64,000 nt of DNA from contig JAZKFH010000042.1 in NCBI GenBank assembly GCA_040386535.1, positions 128,001 to 192,000 on the forward strand. Direction: 5' to 3'. This stretch comes from Myxococcota bacterium (GTDB taxonomy: Bacteria > Myxococcota_A > UBA796 > SXON01). The notes beneath the pieces are model-generated. The model did not search any database, was not told the DNA's origin, and was given only the letters and a program-made list of their open reading frames with translations. Position numbers and translations under genes: made by a program. Within the stretch, counting starts at the first letter, position 1. Every line of letters starts with the position of its first letter. Positions 47,775 to 57,544 of this stretch are shown here, piece by piece.

Positions 47775-49345
47775 CAGTAGAACAAGAAGTCGGGGTGGCG
47801 GAACAGGGTCGCGAGCACGCCGGCCCAGGCGCCCTCGGCGCCTTCCTCGGTGGTGTACAGCTCGGTCCACAAGGTCGACAACGTCGCGATCTCCTCGTCC
47901 GTGGCGTCGCGAGAGAGCACGCGCAGGACCAGCGCGCGCACCCGCGCCTCCGCGGGGGTGGTTGCGTCGAAGTCGGCGGCCTCGAACAGGCGCGCCGCGC
48001 CCGGATCCGCGTGATCCGTCGCGGTGACGTGGGCGGCGGCGGCCTCGGCGAGCCGCTGGTGCACGAGCGTCATCGTGGGCGTGGGATCCAAGCCGGCGCC
48101 CGTCCCGAACACCGCGCGCCCGCCGCCCGCCATCGAGCGGAGCCCGTAGCGGTCCTCGGCGAACACGTCGGCGCCCCCCGCCGTGAAGGTCCACCCGGTC
48201 AGGTCTGTCAGTTGGGTGACGTATTGGTCCGGGGTCACCATCTTCCACGTGGTGCCCTCGGGGTCACTCACCGGGAGGGTGCGGTACTCGGCGCTGCTCA
48301 TCACCGCGCGCCACAACGCGCGCACCGTGCCACCCCCCTGGATGAACGCCTCGCGGTGGGCGGCGAGCGCGTCCGTGTCGGCGTAGGCCACCGGGCGTTG
48401 GAGCAGGATCTCCGTGGTCTGTTCCACCGCGCACGTCGGAAAGCGCGGGTCCGCCGCGATCTGCCGCCCCAGGTCGGCGAGGGTGCTCCCGGGCGCGCCG
48501 TAGAACGCCGGCGCCACGCCGCCGCCGAAGGTCTGCCACAACCGCTCCCGCTCGGGGTGGTAGTGGGTGATGTCGGCCGGGTTGGTCGAGAACTCGACGT
48601 AGAAGCCCCAGAGGTAGCTGCCGAGCGGATCGATCGAGGTGTGACACGCCACGCAGCTCGGGTTGTTGCTCACCGCGTCGGCGACAGCGTCGGCGTCGGT
48701 GAGATCGGCGTTGGCGTCGAGCTCGATCGAGCGCTCGGTGGTGTCCGAACACAACAGGATGCGGCCGATGGCGTTGGCACGGCCGCGGTTGGCGTTGCCG
48801 GTGGTGGTCGGGTACCGCCACCAGAGGCCATTGGTCGCGAGGACGCCGGCGGCGGGGCGGTGGTCGGTCCAACGTGCCACCTGCCACCCAACTCCGCCAT
48901 CGGGGTAGTCGGTGGGGTACCACGCCGCGAGCTGCTCGTTCACCATCGTCCAGTCGGCGGTGACGATGTCGGTGTAGGGCAGGTCCTCGTTTGCCACGTG
49001 CCCGATGAGGCGCAGCGGCTCCTCGCCCATCGCGGCGACGAAGCCCGCCTCGTCGTCCATGGAGTAGGTCGTGTCGGCGCTGTCGGACTCGTCCGCGCGC
49101 GTGAGCCAGGCGGGGGAGAGAGCGGTCCACACGCGGTCGCCGAAGCGCGGATCGGCGAGGTACTCGTCGAGGTACGCCTCCACCGCGGCGGGGTTCGCGC
49201 GAACGGCCGCGAGCTCGTCCGCCGAGGGGCGCACGCCGCGCGCATCGAGGCTCCAGCGCACGAGCAGCGCGTCGGCGGGCAACAGCGGCGCCTCGTCTGC
49301 CGGGGTGGGCCCGGTGCACGAGAGGAGCGCGATCAACCCTCCCAT
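47774..49345 (-). CDS. DUF1549/DUF1585/DUF1588-like lipoprotein with CxxCH
   Basis: SLDARGVRPS..E, AGVLAT, NRGRAN, CVACHTSIDPLG, DPRFPTC, HPDFLFY; coupled to the DUF1501 gene. Confidence 0.75.
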   Translation of the reverse strand: MGGLIALLSCTGPTPADEAPLLPADALLVRWSLDARGVRPSADELAAVRANPAAVEAYLDEYLADPRFGDRVWTALSPAWLTRADESDSADTTYSMDDEAGFVAAMGEEPLRLIGHVANEDLPYTDIVTADWTMVNEQLAAWYPTDYPDGGVGWQVARWTDHRPAAGVLATNGLWWRYPTTTGNANRGRANAIGRILLCSDTTERSIELDANADLTDADAVADAVSNNPSCVACHTSIDPLGSYLWGFYVEFSTNPADITHYHPERERLWQTFGGGVAPAFYGAPGSTLADLGRQIAADPRFPTCAVEQTTEILLQRPVAYADTDALAAHREAFIQGGGTVRALWRAVMSSAEYRTLPVSDPEGTTWKMVTPDQYVTQLTDLTGWTFTAGGADVFAEDRYGLRSMAGGGRAVFGTGAGLDPTPTMTLVHQRLAEAAAAHVTATDHADPGAARLFEAADFDATTPAEARVRALVLRVLSRDATDEEIATLSTLWTELYTTEEGAEGAWAGVLATLFRHPDFLFY

Positions 49346-50223
49346 GGGTCCACCTCGAACTCCACGAGGGGGGACAGGTCCGCGCACACCGCCCCAATCT
49401 CCGTGTCACCCACCCAAGCCACGCCACATCCGTCACACTCCGTGTCCCCGTCGAACACGACCGTGTGCCACGTCCCCGCCTGGTCCTGGAGCTCCAGCGC
49501 GCCGGTCGGCTCCTCGGCGCATGCGGCCGACACCGCGAGCTCCCCGAACGAGAACGCCCAGACGACGCCCGGCAACCGTGACATGCCCGCGGACCACGTG
49601 CCCTCCCAACCCCCGGAGACCGTTTGCAGCTCGACGTACAGCTCCACGGCACGGTCCTCCACGATCCACGTGTCGTCGAACGTGGGGGTGCCGATCCCCT
49701 GGAATTCGCCCCACAGCTCGATCGAGAGGGCGCGCCCGGTGTCCCCCTCGTAGTCCCGGTACCACGTGGTGCCGAGCAGCTCGTACCGCACGCGCCCGTC
49801 CGCGGCGATCACCTGCACGTTGCCCGTGGAGAAGTGCCACACGTAGTGGAAGTTGTCGATCTCGCCGAGGACCACGTGGAAGTTGCGCAGATGTGACACG
49901 GCACCGACGCCGTACCAACTCCAGCCGTCGTCCGTGGTGCAATCCCCCGCCACCATCGTCTGCGCGCCGTTCTCCTCGGACGCGGGGCAATCGTCGCCCC
50001 GGTGGGTCATCGCCTCGTCGAACAGGTCCGTGACAGTGGTCGGCCGCGTGGTCACGAGCGCGTCCACCACCTCGTCCAGGCCCTGCTCCAGCTCGGCGAC
50101 GGTGAGCGGCGGCGCGGGGTCGGCCTCGGGTGTGTAGGTCCACGCGCTCGGCGGGCGCGGCTGCTCCGGCGCGGGCCCCGGGGGGTCGGCGCACGCGGAC
50201 AACACGAGCAGGACGGTCAACAC
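49333..50223 (-). CDS. Hypothetical lipoprotein
   Basis: Lipobox VLSAC; Cys/Trp-rich, C-terminal CDGCG; overlaps next gene start. Confidence 0.65.
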   Translation of the reverse strand: MLTVLLVLSACADPPGPAPEQPRPPSAWTYTPEADPAPPLTVAELEQGLDEVVDALVTTRPTTVTDLFDEAMTHRGDDCPASEENGAQTMVAGDCTTDDGWSWYGVGAVSHLRNFHVVLGEIDNFHYVWHFSTGNVQVIAADGRVRYELLGTTWYRDYEGDTGRALSIELWGEFQGIGTPTFDDTWIVEDRAVELYVELQTVSGGWEGTWSAGMSRLPGVVWAFSFGELAVSAACAEEPTGALELQDQAGTWHTVVFDGDTECDGCGVAWVGDTEIGAVCADLSPLVEFEVDPWEG

Positions 50224-50383
50224 CGCCGCACGGTGGCAAGGATTCCGTGGGGTGTCAAGCGGCGGAATCGGGGGCCCGGCCGGGGGTCCGGGGGAGCGCC
50301 GGGCACCGCGGTGCCGGTCCATCAGCGTTGACCCATGGCCCCCCCTCCACTATGTGACCGCCCTCCCCGATGTCACCCGCGTC

Positions 50384-52027
50384 ATGAACCGCCGCAGCTT
50401 CCTCGCCGGCTCGCTCGCCAGCACCGGCCTCGCGGCGTGTGGCCGCCCGCCCGAGCGCCCGGCCCTGGTCGGCGCCGACGCCTCCTCGGGGCTCGCGGGC
50501 CGCGGCCATCGCTGGCAGGTGCCCTTCGCGGGCGGCGCGGGGGGCACTCCGGAAGGCGCCGTGCAGCGCGCCGACGTCGTGATCGTGGGGGCGGGCGCCG
50601 CCGGGCTCTCGGCGGCGTGGCGGCTAGCCGGGCAGGGCCTCTCCGTGCGGCTGCTCGAGCTCTGGTCCGCGCCGGGCGGCACCGCCATCGCGGGCACCGG
50701 CGCGCGCGGCCCCTATCCCTGGGGCGCCCACTACCTCACGCTCCCCGGCCCCGACGCGCTCCACGTGCGGCGCCTGCTCCGCGACGTGGGCGTCATCACC
50801 GGCGCGGACGCGGCGGGCCGCCCGCTCTACCACCCGGATGCGCTCTGCCTCGCGCCCGAGGAGCGCATCTGGGACGCCGGCCTTTGGATCGAGGGGCTCT
50901 GGCCCGAGGCCCACGCCGAGCCCGAGGATCGCCGCCAGCACGACGCCTGGGTGGCGCTCGTCGCGTCCTGGTCGGCGCGCGTGGGGGCGGACGGGCGCCC
51001 CGCGTTCACCATCCCGGTGAGCAAGAGCTCCCAGGACCCCGACATCCGCGCGCTCGTGGACGTGCCGTTCTCGGTGTGGCTCGACGCGCTCGGCTTCACC
51101 GCCCCGGTGCTCCGCTGGTGGCTCGAATACGCCACGCGCGACGACTACGGCACCACCCTGGCCGACACCTCTGCCTGGGCCGGCCTGCACTACTTCTGCG
51201 CGCGCCGCCCCGACCCCGGCGATGCCCGCGACCTCGGCACCCACGTCCTCACCTGGCCGGCGGGCAACGGGTGGCTCGTGGAGCAGCTCGTGGCGCGCGC
51301 GGGTGTGCCCGTCGAGACGGGCGCCGTGGTCCGGTCGGTCGAGGTCGAGGAGGGCCGCGTGCGGGTGTGGGCCGAGGTCCCCTCCCCCACCGGCGAGGCC
51401 CGCACCATCGGCATCGAGGCCGGATCCGTGATCCTCGCGGTCCCGACGCGCCTCGCCAAACGCCTGCTGACCACCGGCCCGCTCCGCGACATGCCGGACT
51501 CCGACCTCCCCGACCAGGCCCCGTGGCGCGTCGCGCAGCTCCAGGTGTCCGCGCTCCCGACGGCCAACGGCGTCCCCACCGCGTGGGACAGCGTCGTGTA
51601 CGGCGCCGAGAGCCTCGGGTATGTCACGTCCACCCACCAGGCCGGCAACTATGGCGGTCCCGGCGTGCTCACCTGGTACCAACCGCTCCTCGGCGATCCG
51701 TTGGCCGCACGGCGCAAGCTCCTGGACGAGCCTTGGGAGGCCGCGCGCGATCTCGTCCTGGACGACCTCGGCCCCTCCCACCCCGATCTGCTCGACGTCC
51801 TGGAGCGCCTCGACGTGTGGCACTGGGGCCACGGCACCGTGCGGCCCGTCCCCGGGTTGCATCGCGTCGGGCGCCTGGAGGCCCTCCAGACGCTCCACCC
51901 GCGCGTCCACCTCGCGCACACCGACCTGTCCGGGCTCTCCCTGTTCGAGGAGGCGAGTTTTCATGGCATCCGCGCCGCCGAGGCCGTGCTGACGCTGTTC
52001 GGGCGCCCGGCTGACACCTGGATGTGA
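50384..52027 (+). CDS. FAD-dependent amine oxidase-like protein with Tat signal
   Basis: MNRRSFL; DVVIVGAGAAGL, PWGAHY, RDDYG...SAWAGLHYF, LTWPAGNGWL, WGHG, AHTDLSGLSLFEEA. Confidence 0.85.
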   Translation: MNRRSFLAGSLASTGLAACGRPPERPALVGADASSGLAGRGHRWQVPFAGGAGGTPEGAVQRADVVIVGAGAAGLSAAWRLAGQGLSVRLLELWSAPGGTAIAGTGARGPYPWGAHYLTLPGPDALHVRRLLRDVGVITGADAAGRPLYHPDALCLAPEERIWDAGLWIEGLWPEAHAEPEDRRQHDAWVALVASWSARVGADGRPAFTIPVSKSSQDPDIRALVDVPFSVWLDALGFTAPVLRWWLEYATRDDYGTTLADTSAWAGLHYFCARRPDPGDARDLGTHVLTWPAGNGWLVEQLVARAGVPVETGAVVRSVEVEEGRVRVWAEVPSPTGEARTIGIEAGSVILAVPTRLAKRLLTTGPLRDMPDSDLPDQAPWRVAQLQVSALPTANGVPTAWDSVVYGAESLGYVTSTHQAGNYGGPGVLTWYQPLLGDPLAARRKLLDEPWEAARDLVLDDLGPSHPDLLDVLERLDVWHWGHGTVRPVPGLHRVGRLEALQTLHPRVHLAHTDLSGLSLFEEASFHGIRAAEAVLTLFGRPADTWM

Positions 52028-53091
52028 GCGCCGTCCCCGCCGTGTCGGAGGCTCCCGAGGCCCGCTCCGGTTGGCTCGTGTCCCCCGCGTACGACCTCAC
52101 CTTGTTCAGCGGCCCCGCGCTGCTCGCCGCCGCCGTGGCCCTGCTATTGCCCGACGGCGCCGAGACCGGTCTGGTCGCGTGGCTCGTGCTGGTCGTGGTC
52201 ATCGACGTGGCGCACACCTGGGCCACGGCCTACCGGGCCTGGCTCGATCCGGTGGCGCGGCGCGAGCGCCCGGGGCTGCTCTGGGGCGTGCCGCTCGCCG
52301 CGTTCGCCGGGGCCACCACGTTGTACGCGCTGGCCGAGCCGTGGTTCTGGACGGTGCTCGCCTACATCGCCGTGTTCCACTTCGTGCGGCAGCAGCAGGG
52401 TTTCGCGGCGTTGTACCGCGCGCGGGCGGGGGTGGGCCGCGGGGAGCCAAGCGCGCGCGTGGAGCACTACACGGTCGCGATGCTCTGTGTCTTTCCGGTG
52501 GTGTGGTGGCACGCGAACCTGCCACGCAAGTTTGCGTGGTTCACGCCCACCGATTTTCTGGTCGGGCTGCCCGCGGGTGTGGCGACCGTCGTGGGTGTCG
52601 CCACCGCGGTCCTGTTTGCCACGTGGGCGGCGCTCCGGCTCCGCAGCCGCTCGTGGCAGCCCGGGCGTGACCTGTGGGTGCTCTCCACCGCGCTGAGCTG
52701 GACCGCCGGCATCGTGCTCACCAACGGCGACGCGGCGTTCACCGTCGCGAACGTGGTCGCGCACGGCATCCCCTACTTCGCGCTCGTGCACCACGTGAGC
52801 CGCCGCCAGTGGGGCGACGGCGAGGGTGCACTGACCGCGCGTTGGTTCGAGCCCGCCGCCCTCGTGGCGTTCCTGGCCCTCCCCGCGGCGGCGGCGTTCG
52901 GAGAGGAGTTGGCGTGGGATGCGCTGGTGTGGCGCGAGCACTTCTTCCGCCCAACCGACCTCCCCGAGTGGCTCCCCGCGCTCGCTGTGCCCCTGCTCGC
53001 CACGCCCCAGCTCACCCACTACCTGCTCGACGGGTACCTGTGGCGGTTGGGCCCGAAGGGGTCGGGGTTGCGACGGTGGTTGGTGGGGTAG
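52024..53091 (+). CDS. Conserved-looking integral membrane protein with His motifs
   Basis: IDVAHTWAT, FHFVRQQQGF, HGIPY, PQLTHYLLDG.LWR; GTGA overlap with upstream gene. Confidence 0.75.
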   Translation: MSAVPAVSEAPEARSGWLVSPAYDLTLFSGPALLAAAVALLLPDGAETGLVAWLVLVVVIDVAHTWATAYRAWLDPVARRERPGLLWGVPLAAFAGATTLYALAEPWFWTVLAYIAVFHFVRQQQGFAALYRARAGVGRGEPSARVEHYTVAMLCVFPVVWWHANLPRKFAWFTPTDFLVGLPAGVATVVGVATAVLFATWAALRLRSRSWQPGRDLWVLSTALSWTAGIVLTNGDAAFTVANVVAHGIPYFALVHHVSRRQWGDGEGALTARWFEPAALVAFLALPAAAAFGEELAWDALVWREHFFRPTDLPEWLPALAVPLLATPQLTHYLLDGYLWRLGPKGSGLRRWLVG

Positions 53092-53104
53092 GCGGCCTGC
53101 GCGT

Positions 53105-54034
53105 TCAGATGTGGCAGTAGCACTCGACGGTGGCGTAGCCGTAGTACCGCTCGACCTCGGAGAGGGCGGTCGCACAGTCGTACCCGATGACCTCGTCTTC
53201 ACCACCGCACGTGCCGGACTCGTAGTACCGGGTTGTCGCGGAGCTGCCGCTGCTGCCGCTGTTGCAGGTCCCGCCGCTCGCAGCGCACACGTCCGTGCAC
53301 GTCGTTCCGCCGGCCAAGGTGGAGATGTCCTCGCAGAACGCGTAGCCCTCACACACATCGTTGTCGCAGCTGCCGCTGCCGAGAAGGTCGTTGCACGACC
53401 GGCCGCACTCGCCGCAGTTGGCGTTGTCATCGCGCAGATCGGTGCAGGTTCCGCCGCACGCCACGTCCCCTGTGTTGGCGCAGTACAGATCGAGCGTGGT
53501 GGTCGCGGAGACGCTGTGCCCGGCCTGATCGTAGAAGGTCGCGGTGAAGGTGCGCGTCTCCTCCGTCTCGAAATCGATCGCCAGCGTGGAGTCCACCTGC
53601 GCCCAGCTGAGCGTCGTGGAGTAGGCGCCCTCGTCGCCCGAGGTGCTGAACGCGATGTAGGTCTCGCCGCCCGGGCTGCGCAGCACGCCGCCGATCAGGT
53701 CGCCGATGCCGTTCGCGTCGGTCACGATCGCCGTGAAGATGACGGACTCGCCTTCCGTGAGGCGCGGCGTGCTCGCCGCGAAGCTCAGGACGTTCGGTGA
53801 TCCCGGCTCGGTGTCGGTGTCGGTGTCGGTGTCCGTGTCGGTATCGGTGTCGGTGTCGGCATCGGTGTCCGCATCCGTGTCGGAATCGGTGTCGGTGTCC
53901 GTGTCCGCGGGGGCGCCGACGCAGACGCCGTCCATCTCGACGGTGCCCTCGCCGCAGGTGAGGCCGGTCGTCTCCGTGGCGCCCGAGCAGCCCAGGGCGA
54001 ACGCGAGGAGGAGGGGGGTCGAATTCATGCGCAT
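53105..54034 (-). CDS. Cys-rich lipoprotein with (DT)n linker
   Basis: Lipobox FALGC; DTDTDT run; CGG.C.DL..D..NCG.CG..C myxobacterial Cys repeat. Confidence 0.75.
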   Translation of the reverse strand: MRMNSTPLLLAFALGCSGATETTGLTCGEGTVEMDGVCVGAPADTDTDTDSDTDADTDADTDTDTDTDTDTDTDTEPGSPNVLSFAASTPRLTEGESVIFTAIVTDANGIGDLIGGVLRSPGGETYIAFSTSGDEGAYSTTLSWAQVDSTLAIDFETEETRTFTATFYDQAGHSVSATTTLDLYCANTGDVACGGTCTDLRDDNANCGECGRSCNDLLGSGSCDNDVCEGYAFCEDISTLAGGTTCTDVCAASGGTCNSGSSGSSATTRYYESGTCGGEDEVIGYDCATALSEVERYYGYATVECYCHI

Positions 54035-54226
54035 GGGGAGCTTCCGATGGGAGGGCGCCGGTGTAGCACGATCGCGTCCTCGCATCGGTGGCACCGGGGG
54101 CGAGGGTGATCAACGGGCGCGGTCGGCGCCGCTCGGGGCGACGGGCACCGCGCCCAGCGTCGGTCGCCCAGAGCCCTCTCGCCGGCCGAGGCCGCGCGTC
54201 TTAACCGGCAGGCCCCGGAGGTCCTC

Positions 54227-54850
54227 GTGTCCATCGTCCTGCACCACCACCCGTACTCGCGCGCCGCCAACGTCGTCTGGATGCTCGAGGAGGTCGGGGT
54301 GCCCTACACCCTGCGCTTCGTCGACATCATGGCGGGCGAGCACAAGTCGGAGGCGTACCGCGCGCTCAACGCCATGGGCAAGCTGCCCGTGATCGAAGAC
54401 GGCGAGGCCGTCGTGTCCGAGAGCGCCGCCATCGGCATGTACCTCGCGGATCGGTACGCGCTGGGCCGCCTGGCGCCCGCGCTCGACGACCCCGCTCGCG
54501 GCGCGTACCTGCGCTGGTGCCTCTACGCGCCGAGCGTGATCGAGCCCGGCTGCGCGGCGCACGCGGGCGGCTGGGCCACCAAGCCCTCCGCGGTCGGCTG
54601 GGGCACCTACGAGACGATGCTCGACACGCTGGAGGGCGGTGTCGGGCAGGGGCCGTGGCTCCTCGGCGAGCGCTTCACCATGGCCGATGTCATCCTCGGC
54701 GGCACGCTCCGGTTCATGATGCAGTTCAAGATGATCGAGCCGCGGCCGGCCTTCGCGGCGTACGTGGAGCGGCTGAGCGCCCGTCCGGCGGCGGTGGCGG
54801 CGGCCGCCAAGAACATGGAGGTCATGAAGGCGCACAACCTGGGCGGCTGA
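54227..54850 (+). CDS. Glutathione S-transferase
   Basis: SRA...WMLEE.G.PY, NAMGKLP, ESAAI..YLA, LLGERFTMAD. Confidence 0.93.
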   Translation: MSIVLHHHPYSRAANVVWMLEEVGVPYTLRFVDIMAGEHKSEAYRALNAMGKLPVIEDGEAVVSESAAIGMYLADRYALGRLAPALDDPARGAYLRWCLYAPSVIEPGCAAHAGGWATKPSAVGWGTYETMLDTLEGGVGQGPWLLGERFTMADVILGGTLRFMMQFKMIEPRPAFAAYVERLSARPAAVAAAAKNMEVMKAHNLGG

Positions 54851-54881
54851 TCCTGCCGCCCGCCGTCAAGCCCGCCCGCCG

Positions 54882-56222
54882 TCACGCCCGCCCGGTGTAC
54901 CGCAGCGTGATCCCCCCGACCGGCCGCGTCGTCACCCCGTTGAGGGCGAGCCGGATGGGGGCGTGGGACACGAGCTCGAACCGGTGGGCGGCCATCACGG
55001 TGCCGAGCGCGATCTGCATCTCGTAGTTGGCAAACGCGGCGCCCACACATCGGCGATTGCCACCCCCGAAGGGCAGGAACTCCGACGGGGTGAACTTGCG
55101 TTCCAGGAAACGTTCGGGCGCGAACGTGGTCGGATCCGTGTAGATCGTTGGGTCGAAGTGCGTGATGAGCACCGAGGGGTGCAACGTCGTGCCCGCCGGG
55201 AATTTGCGGCCGGCGAGCACCGCATCCTTCACGAGGCGCCGACGGAACACCGGGACGATGGGGTGCAGCCGGAGCGTCTCGTCACACACGGCCGCGAGGT
55301 AGGGCAGCTTTGCCAGCCGCTCGGGATCGGGGCCCGCGCCCGGCTCCGAGGGGCCGAGCGTCGCGAGCTCCTCGCGCAGGCGCGCGAGCACGGTGGGGTT
55401 GCGATGGAGCTGCCAGAGGGCCCAACCGAGCGTGGTCGCGGTGGTCTCGTGGCCCGCGATGACCAGGGTGCGCAGCTCGTCGATGACCTCGTCGTCGGGC
55501 ATCGGGGCGCCGTCCTCGTCCCGGGCGGCGAGCAACATCGCGAGGATGTCCTCGCGCGCCTCCCCCGCCTCGGCGCGGCCGCGCTCGACCTCCTCGCGGA
55601 GCAGCGCCACGAACGCGCCGACGGTCTCCCGGTAGCGCGCCCACGGCCCGATGCCGCCGAGGTCCCGGTGCAGGACCGGCAGGAACATGAGCCACGCCGG
55701 GAAACCCGCGACGTTGCGCGAGATGGTCTCGCGGAAGGCCTCCACGCGCGCGGCGTCGCGCACGCCGAACACGGCGCGGATGATGACCTCGAGCGAGATG
55801 CGCTGGGTCACGTCGAGCACGGCGACCTCGCTCCCGACCACCAGGGCGTCGGCGTGGCGAGAGGCGGCGTCGGCGATGATGCGTCCGTACGTCCGCATGC
55901 GCGCGCCGTGGAACGGCGGGGCCATCAGCTTGCGCTTGCGTTTGTGCCGCACCCCGCCGGCGAGCACGATGGATCCCTCGCCCACGAGCGGGCCCACGAT
56001 CTCGTTGGGCGCGTCGAACAGCTCCTGGTCCCCGCCGAAGATGGCGCCGATCAGGGCGGGATCGCCGGTGACGACGCTCGGCCCGTCGAGGAGCGCCATC
56101 CGGAACGTGGGGCCGTGGCGCGCGGACAAATCGCGCATGAGCCCGGCCGGATCGTAGATGAGCCGCCAGGTGCTCAGCGCGGCGCCGGCAAGGCCACCGG
56201 GGACCTCGGGCAGGGACTCCAT
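54882..56222 (-). CDS. Cytochrome P450
   Basis: AGHETT, ETLR, FAPERF, FGGGNRRCVG heme motif; ATG at 56222. Confidence 0.93.
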   Translation of the reverse strand: MESLPEVPGGLAGAALSTWRLIYDPAGLMRDLSARHGPTFRMALLDGPSVVTGDPALIGAIFGGDQELFDAPNEIVGPLVGEGSIVLAGGVRHKRKRKLMAPPFHGARMRTYGRIIADAASRHADALVVGSEVAVLDVTQRISLEVIIRAVFGVRDAARVEAFRETISRNVAGFPAWLMFLPVLHRDLGGIGPWARYRETVGAFVALLREEVERGRAEAGEAREDILAMLLAARDEDGAPMPDDEVIDELRTLVIAGHETTATTLGWALWQLHRNPTVLARLREELATLGPSEPGAGPDPERLAKLPYLAAVCDETLRLHPIVPVFRRRLVKDAVLAGRKFPAGTTLHPSVLITHFDPTIYTDPTTFAPERFLERKFTPSEFLPFGGGNRRCVGAAFANYEMQIALGTVMAAHRFELVSHAPIRLALNGVTTRPVGGITLRYTGRA

Positions 56223-57544
56223 CACGCCCTCCGGCGATAGCGGATCTGACAGGGCGCCTTGGGCCGCGTCACGCCGATGTCGTTGGTCTCGCTCGGCGGG
56301 TTCGGATCGACCAGCTCGATGTCGTAGCGGCGCAGCAGCATCGCCGTCACCGTCTTCATCTCGTGCGCGACGAACGACATCGCCCAGCAGCGATGGTGCG
56401 CGCCGCCGAAGTTGACCACGCCGTACGGCACGTCCTCGTTGCGCTCGGCGGAGAACCGGCCTGGATCCCACACCTCGGGGTCGGTGAAGATCCCGGGGAG
56501 GCGGTGGGACAGGGCGATGCCCGCGACCACGAGGGTTCCCTTGGGGACGGTGTAGCCGTCGATCTCGAACTCCCGGGCGGCGAGGCGCACCAGCGTGGCC
56601 GTCATGGGGCGGAGGCGGTCGGTCTCCTTCAAACACGCGTCGAGGAGCTTCATCTCCTTGAGCGTGTCGAACGTGGGCGCGGCGTCGGGGGGGAGCGCGG
56701 CGTCGACCTCGGCGCGCACCTTTTCTTGCCATACGGGGTGCTGCAACAGTTGGACGAGGCACCACTCCAGGTGCCCGGCGGTGTTCTCGCGCCCGCCGAA
56801 CATCAGCCCGATCAGGATGGTGACGACCATGGCGTCGGGGATCTGCGCGTTCTCCAGGTACGACGCGCCGACCAGGACCTGGAGGAAGTCGTCGTAGGCC
56901 TCCGGGCTGGCGCGCCGCTCGGCGACGACCTCCCCGAGCAGCTTCTGGAGGGTGCGGAGCGCGCGGTCGCGGCGGCGGAAACGTGGCAATGGCAGGTTGG
57001 TCGGGAGGATGAATTCGAGGCCGCCGGAGAGGTGGACGAAGTGCTCCACAAAATCGGGACCGAGGCGCTCGCGGAAGCGCGGACCGAAGACACAGCGCGC
57101 CGCCATCGCCATCGTCAGGCGCTCGGCGGTGCCGATGAGCTCGAATTCCCCGCTGTCCCCGAGGGTGTCCAGCCACGCGTCGACCTCGGCCGCCATCTCG
57201 CCGACGTAGCTGCGGATCTTCTTGCCGTGGAACGCCGGGAGCGTGATGCGCTTCTGCTCCTCGTACTCGGCGTGCGACGCGGTGAAGAGCACCTTGCCGC
57301 CCAGGATCGGCACGAGGAACTGGTAGACCTCGGACATCGAGAGGGTGGAGTCGGTCTCCTCGAAGAAGAACCGCATCTTCTCCGGGCCCACGAGCACGAC
57401 CGCGGGTTGGAAGGCGAGCTTGATGCCGAACACCGGGCCGTGCGCGGCGTAGCCCTTGCGGAAGAGGGAGAGCGGGTCCCGGCGGAACTCCAACGCGCTG
57501 CCCAGGAACGGCAGCCCGGCCAACATCGGCAGGGGCGCGCTCAC
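56222..57544 (-). CDS. Cytochrome P450, CYP51-like but with atypical motifs
   Basis: YQFLVPILG..V.F, LPLPRFRRRDRA, KETDRLRP, SHRLP..F.DP, terminal RYRRR resemble bacterial CYP51; I-helix GGRENT; heme motif FGGAHHRCWA. Confidence 0.85.
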   Translation of the reverse strand: MSAPLPMLAGLPFLGSALEFRRDPLSLFRKGYAAHGPVFGIKLAFQPAVVLVGPEKMRFFFEETDSTLSMSEVYQFLVPILGGKVLFTASHAEYEEQKRITLPAFHGKKIRSYVGEMAAEVDAWLDTLGDSGEFELIGTAERLTMAMAARCVFGPRFRERLGPDFVEHFVHLSGGLEFILPTNLPLPRFRRRDRALRTLQKLLGEVVAERRASPEAYDDFLQVLVGASYLENAQIPDAMVVTILIGLMFGGRENTAGHLEWCLVQLLQHPVWQEKVRAEVDAALPPDAAPTFDTLKEMKLLDACLKETDRLRPMTATLVRLAAREFEIDGYTVPKGTLVVAGIALSHRLPGIFTDPEVWDPGRFSAERNEDVPYGVVNFGGAHHRCWAMSFVAHEMKTVTAMLLRRYDIELVDPNPPSETNDIGVTRPKAPCQIRYRRRA

